This document shows positions 58,906-64,000 of a stretch of 64,000 bases of DNA, one piece after another. A model generated the notes under the pieces. That model searched no databases and was not told the DNA's origin. It saw only the letters and a list, made by a program, of their open reading frames with translations. Source of the DNA: an uncultured bacterium (GTDB lineage: Bacteria > Hydrothermota > Hydrothermia > B15-G9 > WFZT01); assembly GCA_964398355.1 (NCBI GenBank), contig CAYNMM010000082.1, positions 711 through 64,710 on the forward strand, given 5' to 3'. A program made the translations under genes and the position numbers. Numbering within the stretch: position 1 is the first letter of the stretch; each line of letters starts with the position of its first letter.

Positions 58906-61128
58906 TTATATCTTGATGTCTTTAGGTGAGAAGGTTTTTTTGCATGAAGGACATTGAAGATAGAATTTTTTACCGCGTCTTACTTCCATGAGTAGAGGGT
59001 ATCCACACTCCGGACAGGCAATAGCTACAGGTTTATGAGGTAGCGTAAACTTGCACTTTGGGTAGTTGGAGCATGCGTAAAATACCTGCCCCTTTTTATT
59101 TCTTCTCTCAACAATATCTCCTCCGCATTCAGGGCATTTTACGCCGGTGGATAATGGTTTAACTCCTGGACATCGTGGATAATCGATACATGCAAGGAAA
59201 CGGCCATATTTTCCATTTCTTATCACCATGGGTTTACCACATACAGGGCACTTTTCACCCTCAACGATTTCCTGTTCGAGTGGTCTTGTGTATTTACATT
59301 CCGGGTAGCCTGAACAGGCTATAAATTTTCCATATCTCCCCCATCTTACGACAAGAGGACGTCCGCAGAGGGGGCATTTTTCATCGAGGATCTCCACATT
59401 TTCTTTCTTAATATTCGGTAAGTCTTCTGATGCTCTGTCAAATTCCTCAGTGAATCTTTCATAAAATTCTTTTAGAAGGTCCTGCCAGGAAAGTTCGCCA
59501 AGTTCCACTTTGTCGAGTTCATTTTCCATTTTTGCAGTGAATCCATAGTCAAAGATTTCCTTAAATCTCGGGATAAGGATGTTGCTCACAAGCTCTCCAA
59601 GTTCAGTTGGTTTCAAGAATTTACCGTCTTTTTCGATATAACCACGTTCGAACAAGGTGGATATTGTGGGTGCATAGGTTGATGGACGTCCAATCTCACG
59701 TGCTTCGAGTGTTTTTATTAGTGTGGCTTCTGTATATCTCCTTGGTGGTTCTGTTTGTTTCTTCTCTATTTTAAGGTCATGAAGCTTTACGGATTCACCG
59801 ATTTGGAGCGCAGGAATTATGATTTCTCGGGGTTTTTCTCCTGTTATTCTGTAAAATCCGTCAAATTTCAGGGTCTCACCTTCTACTTTAAACTGGTAAC
59901 CTTCGCCCTCAATGATGCCTTTTCTTACCCGAAAGATTGCCTCTTTTGCCTGAGAGGCGACGGCTCTTTTCCAGATTAAGTTGTAGAGAGAGAATTGTTC
60001 CTTCGTTAAATATTGTTTGATGTTTTCAGGTGGTTCGAATCCGGTTGGCCGAATAGCTTCATGGGCATCCTGAACGGCGGAGCCGCGAGATTTGAAGTTT
60101 CTTGCCTTTGCCGGAAGATATTCTTTGCCAAACTTTGTTTTTATCAACTCTCTTATCGTTTCAATGGCTTTCTCAGCCATTCGCAGAGAGTCTGTTCTCA
60201 TATAAGTTATAAGTCCTTTTCTTTCTCCACCAAGATCGACCCCCTCGTACAATTCCTGTGCTATCTTCATTGTTCTTTTGGGAGCATAACCGAGTTTAGA
60301 GGAGGCTTCTTGCTGTAGCGTCGAAGTTTTATAGGGTGGTGGAGGGGATTGTTTCCTATTTCTTTCCTGGAAGTTTTTAACGGAAAATGAAGTTTTTCTA
60401 AGTTTTTTGAGGATTTCATCTGCAAGTTTTTTATCCTTGATCTTCTGGAGATTTTCCCCTGATGGTCCCTTTACGAGTGTTCCAGTGAATTGTACACCGT
60501 CTTTTTCAAAAATTGCCTTTATTACGTAAAATGTTTCTGGTTTAAAATCTCTAATTTCTTTTTCTCTTTCGACGATAAATCTGAGGGCAACTGTCTGCAC
60601 GCGGCCAGCCGACAGACCCTTTTTGATAGCTTTCCAGAGTAGAGGGCTGATTTTGTACCCGACGATTCTATCAAGGATTCTTCTCGCCTGCTGGGCGTTA
60701 AATTTATTGATGTCTATCTCACCAGGATGTTTTATAGCGTTTTTAACTGCCTCCTTTGTTATCTCAAAAAATAGTACTCTTTTTATCTCTTCGGGTTTTT
60801 TAATTCTCTTTATAATGTGAGCAATGTGATATGCTATTGCTTCTCCTTCTCTGTCCGGATCACTTCCAATGTAAATTTCAGATGCCTTTTTTGCAGCTTC
60901 CTTGATCTCACTGACAACGTCTCTCTTTTCCTTCATTATTACATAAGATGGTTTAAAGCCATTTTCATCGATTTTTACACCAAATCTGTTTGGGGGTAAA
61001 TCTCTGATGTGACCCTTTGATGCAATAACGGAGAAACTTCTCCCAAGATATTTACTCAAAGTTTTTGCTTTTGTGGGAGATTCCACAATAAGTAGTTTTT
61101 TACCGTTTTTTTTGCCACTTTTTCCCAT
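58906..61128 (-). CDS. topA: DNA topoisomerase I with C-terminal zinc-ribbon repeats
   Basis: N-terminal Toprim domain (KKLLIVESPTKAKT), a catalytic Tyr region and at least four C4 zinc ribbons (CPLCGRP...CPVCGKP...CPECGGD...CPECGYP); 740 aa. Confidence 0.92.
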   Translation of the reverse strand: MGKSGKKNGKKLLIVESPTKAKTLSKYLGRSFSVIASKGHIRDLPPNRFGVKIDENGFKPSYVIMKEKRDVVSEIKEAAKKASEIYIGSDPDREGEAIAYHIAHIIKRIKKPEEIKRVLFFEITKEAVKNAIKHPGEIDINKFNAQQARRILDRIVGYKISPLLWKAIKKGLSAGRVQTVALRFIVEREKEIRDFKPETFYVIKAIFEKDGVQFTGTLVKGPSGENLQKIKDKKLADEILKKLRKTSFSVKNFQERNRKQSPPPPYKTSTLQQEASSKLGYAPKRTMKIAQELYEGVDLGGERKGLITYMRTDSLRMAEKAIETIRELIKTKFGKEYLPAKARNFKSRGSAVQDAHEAIRPTGFEPPENIKQYLTKEQFSLYNLIWKRAVASQAKEAIFRVRKGIIEGEGYQFKVEGETLKFDGFYRITGEKPREIIIPALQIGESVKLHDLKIEKKQTEPPRRYTEATLIKTLEAREIGRPSTYAPTISTLFERGYIEKDGKFLKPTELGELVSNILIPRFKEIFDYGFTAKMENELDKVELGELSWQDLLKEFYERFTEEFDRASEDLPNIKKENVEILDEKCPLCGRPLVVRWGRYGKFIACSGYPECKYTRPLEQEIVEGEKCPVCGKPMVIRNGKYGRFLACIDYPRCPGVKPLSTGVKCPECGGDIVERRNKKGQVFYACSNYPKCKFTLPHKPVAIACPECGYPLLMEVRRGKKFYLQCPSCKKTFSPKDIKI

Positions 61129-61544
61129 TAAGACCTCACTTCCTAAAGAATAGTTAGAGAATAATACATGAACCCATCACTCAAGACAAGTGGTATATGA
61201 AGGTGTTTGAAAAATTTTTCCATTAATCATCTGTCCCTTTTAATTTTCGGATAAACCTTCTTATGTTTCTATTCTACTTGCAAGAAGATTCACTATAGTC
61301 TCTCCCTCCAATTTCATAAGTGGATTCATTTCATAAGTGGATTAAGGAGCTGACATTACCCATGAAAATTTTAAAAATGATTACAAAAACGGTTATGTAT
61401 TGAGAGGAAGGGGCTACACATAATTTTGTCCTCAGAATGCGAAATTATACAGATTTTATGATCAAAGCAAAGAGAGGCTATCTTCAGGGTTAAGAGTAGT
61501 ATCCATTATTTTCCTCATCTATTTTGCGTGATACTTCATCCTCA

Positions 61545-61675
61545 ATTTCCCCTTCAGCCCTGTGGGAGTGGATAAAGGAAAAGGCGAGAGTTAACCTCTT
61601 TTTATCCTCTCCCGCACGGCAAAGCATTAAGGGAGAGGAAGTTTTTTGTTCATTTCATTCAAAGTGCGAAAATTC
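61545..61675 (+). repeat. Intergenic structured element B: a hairpin with a T-tract and conserved tail, homologous to element A at 43165-43360
   Basis: Upstream GTGGGAG box, then the hairpin CCTCTCCC-gcacggcaaagcattaa-GGGAGAGG (61606-61638), then AAGTTTTTTGTTCATTTCATTCAAAGTGCGAAAA. Compare A: GAGGACGTTATTTTGTTCATCTCATTCAAGTGCAAAGA. Confidence 0.5.
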
Positions 61676-61915
61676 ATTCTAAAAAACATGTCAGGATTGA
61701 AGTGGGCAACAGGAGCCTCCGTCATTTGTCTCTGTCAATATTCTCCTGTCAATTCTCCCCTTTTGCCCTCTCAATTATCTCATCATCCACAGTGCTAAAC
61801 GAGAGATAAAAAGTTACATTCCTCCTTTTCCCAGAAGCATTTTTTGGACTGTCTCGATGGTATATTTGCAAGTACATGATTTTGCTTTTAAACTTCATTA
61901 AGGAGGAAGACGCTT

Positions 61916-62347
61916 ATGAAAGACTTCTACGTGGATACTAAGTTTAGAGTAAGATATGCAGAGACAGATGCTATGAGGATTGTTCATCATTCTTCCTACA
62001 TTGTGTGGTTTGAAGAAGGTCGTTCTGAATTCATGAGGCAGATAGGTTTACCGTACAGTAAAATAGAAGAGAATGGATATTTTTTCTCAGTTGTAGAAGT
62101 GAAAGCTCAGTATAAGAGACCCGCTGTTTATGACGAGGAAGTTGTTATTAGAACCAGGCTTGTTGATGTTAAAACAAGGAAGGTGGTATTTTATTATGAA
62201 GTCTTCCGTGCGAGTGACTGGACTCTTTTGTCACGGGGGAAATCCGTTCATGTGTCAGTCGACGAGGATAATAAGGTTACTACTATCCCGGATGATTATA
62301 GGGAGTTACTTTTGAGATTTTTGTCTACGGTAGAATACGAATTCTAA
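61916..62347 (+). CDS. Acyl-CoA thioesterase (hotdog fold, YbgC/4HBT family)
   Basis: KFRVRYAETDAMRIVHHSSYIVWFEEGRSEFMRQIG; 143 aa. Confidence 0.8.
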   Translation: MKDFYVDTKFRVRYAETDAMRIVHHSSYIVWFEEGRSEFMRQIGLPYSKIEENGYFFSVVEVKAQYKRPAVYDEEVVIRTRLVDVKTRKVVFYYEVFRASDWTLLSRGKSVHVSVDEDNKVTTIPDDYRELLLRFLSTVEYEF

Positions 62348-63835
62348 TCAGGACGGTTGGAGACGGCGTATTTCTGAAATTCGGAATTTTCTGAAAATTA
62401 TATTAAGCTTTTCGTTTATGTCTTTATCATGTAATTTATCACCTGTGTAGCGCCAATCTTTGCAGATCTTTTGAAGTTTGTCTTTAAGTTGCCACTTATA
62501 AATGAAGAGTTGGCCATGGAGCTTTTTTAATGATTTTAGCTGGCAATAGGTAAACATGTCTGGGTCAAGGATTTGATTAACAAGATTGGAATCAATCAGG
62601 ATGCTGTCCACTTCGGATAGTTCGATGACCTTGAGGATCTGATCACTATTCAAGCTTGTTTTTTCTTTCAGGACACTTTTAAGTTTCACCTGGGTCTTGA
62701 AAATTTTATCCTCGAGTTCTATGAGGTTGGGGTCTTTTATTCCCATATTTGAAAGTTTTTCTATGACATCCTGAGTTATAATGTGTGGTTTTGGATAATA
62801 AACGGGTTGAGTAAACACGTTCTGCATGATGAATAGAGAAAAGAAAGTCAGGAGGCCAGAGCTTACGGGTGTGAAGATCCATCCCATAACGATTTTAATA
62901 AGGAGTCTGTAATTAATCATTTTCCAGCCTTTTTTTGCGAATGCCACTCCGATAACTCCACCTACTACTGCCTGTGAGCTGGAAACAGGGACAAGTGGAA
63001 TTGGAGGTAATCCAATGGATATAAGGAGTCTTTCAAGTTTTTGAGACGCGAAGATAAATAAGACAATTGATTCTGACAGAAGGGTGATTAATGCAGCGAT
63101 AGGGGAGAGTTTGAAGATATCATTTCCCACAGTTTTAATGACCCGATAGGAGTATGTGAAAATACCGATAGCAATGAAAACACCACCTGTCAGGAATAGG
63201 ACCTGGATATCTTTCAGCCTAAAGAGACCGAGATCAAGGCTCTTGAATGGATTTGAAGATATGAAAACCCCCATAACATTAGCGATGTTGTTTGCTCCGA
63301 GACTGTATGCTCCGAAAGCGGCTATCAAAATAAGACCGATGCGTGTGTATAGGTCCATTTCGAGGATATGAATTCTTACTCGTGCAAGATAGTGTCTCAG
63401 TGCGATGTAGAATACAAAGGCGAAAATTCCGGATAGTATAGGTGAGGCGACCCAGGTAGAGAGTATTTTGGATAGGGTTGTTGTATCTATCAGATTTCCG
63501 CTGAAGACATCCCAACCAATGATGGCTCCTACTATGGCCTGAGTTGTTGAGACGGGTAATCCGAGTTTGGTCATCCAGAATACCGTGAGTGCGGCTGAGA
63601 GTGCTGCTGTAAAACTTCCGGCGATCGCATTGATTGCCCCCAGTTTTCCATAGGTATGAGCAGCGCCAGCGCCGCTTATGACTGCTCCCAGGATAACGAA
63701 AATAGAGGCAATGGCAGCAGCAGTCCTGAATTTGACCATTCTTGTCCCGACAGCTGGTCCAAATATATTTCCCGCGTTATTAGCACCAAGTGACCAGCCA
63801 AGCAGGAACCCACTACTTAGAAAAATCCATGTCAT
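62348..63835 (-). CDS. pit: Inorganic phosphate transporter of the PiT (PHO4) family with a ~160-aa hydrophilic C-terminal extension
   Basis: N-terminal GANNAGN (WSLGANNAGNIFGPAVGT) and an internal repeat typical of PiT. The C-terminal Lys/Glu/Leu-rich soluble tail has no recognised domain; 495 aa. Confidence 0.8.
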   Translation of the reverse strand: MTWIFLSSGFLLGWSLGANNAGNIFGPAVGTRMVKFRTAAAIASIFVILGAVISGAGAAHTYGKLGAINAIAGSFTAALSAALTVFWMTKLGLPVSTTQAIVGAIIGWDVFSGNLIDTTTLSKILSTWVASPILSGIFAFVFYIALRHYLARVRIHILEMDLYTRIGLILIAAFGAYSLGANNIANVMGVFISSNPFKSLDLGLFRLKDIQVLFLTGGVFIAIGIFTYSYRVIKTVGNDIFKLSPIAALITLLSESIVLFIFASQKLERLLISIGLPPIPLVPVSSSQAVVGGVIGVAFAKKGWKMINYRLLIKIVMGWIFTPVSSGLLTFFSLFIMQNVFTQPVYYPKPHIITQDVIEKLSNMGIKDPNLIELEDKIFKTQVKLKSVLKEKTSLNSDQILKVIELSEVDSILIDSNLVNQILDPDMFTYCQLKSLKKLHGQLFIYKWQLKDKLQKICKDWRYTGDKLHDKDINEKLNIIFRKFRISEIRRLQPS

Positions 63836-64000
63836 ACGAGTCTCTTAATCCTGTAAATATCAACTCTGTCACCTACATCTTCTGCCAGATCTGCTATTTT
63901 CTCGAGTCTTAGTACAAAGTCTCTGAGTTGCATTTTTTGGCAGAGATCAAGATCATTTCTCCTGAATATCTTCCGCCTCATTCTTTCCCCGATCTCATCA
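63832..64000 (-). CDS. 3'-terminal fragment of a DUF47-like (PhoU-like, Pit accessory) protein; the gene continues beyond the window
   Basis: The minus-strand frame ...LRLEKIADLAEDVGDRVDIYRIKRLV ends with a TGA that overlaps the pit ATG (ATGA). DUF47/TIGR00153 genes typically precede PiT genes. Confidence 0.45.
   Translation of the reverse strand, partial: DEIGERMRRKIFRRNDLDLCQKMQLRDFVLRLEKIADLAEDVGDRVDIYRIKRLV

Overview
Gene-dense bacterial chromosomal segment, about 40-42% GC, coding on both strands. I see no rRNA or tRNA genes, no CRISPR array and no obvious mobile element. Housekeeping genes dominate. These include riboflavin synthesis (ribH, ribBA), tsaD, nrnA, prmC, pgeF, purB, shikimate-pathway genes (an AroK-AroB fusion plus aroQ), ppx, thrS, infC-rpmI, hisS, hutH, hup, topA, a PiT phosphate transporter with a DUF47 partner, an ECF transporter, fur, a TtuA-like tRNA sulfurtransferase and cstA. 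Several traits suggest the FCB superphylum (the Bacteroidota / Ignavibacteriota / Calditrichota-like neighbourhood). One is a TonB-dependent receptor with a carboxypeptidase-regulatory-like N-domain. Another is that at least four secreted proteins carry a C-terminal type IX secretion (T9SS) sorting domain. A third is a PorV/PorQ-like outer-membrane protein. Shine-Dalgarno signals are weak, and promoters fit TTGACA(AT)-N17-TAnnnT. A mannosyl-3-phosphoglycerate synthase/phosphatase pair (mpgS-mpgP), with manC and a phosphomannomutase elsewhere in the window, suggests a thermophilic or osmotolerant lifestyle. The most interesting locus lies at about 20.6-36.1 kb. Four genes behind one promoter, exbB-exbD-exbD-tonB, lead straight into a TonB-dependent receptor. 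Three large T9SS-sorted proteins of unknown function follow, together with a PorV-like barrel and a TPR-like lipoprotein. This may be an undescribed Ton-powered, T9SS-displayed surface acquisition system. Other notable items are listed below. infC has an in-frame TAA inside an otherwise intact IF3 reading frame. The infC-rpmI-rplT cluster is broken. There is a 30-bp perfect palindrome between convergent genes. A hairpin-plus-conserved-tail element recurs in two divergent intergenic regions. A tandem pair of small paralogous proteins sits upstream of cstA. Several unusual fusions are present: NagB with an LmbE-like domain, a TGS-domain protein with a uridine-kinase-like kinase, and a polyprenol-kinase-like protein with DUF92.
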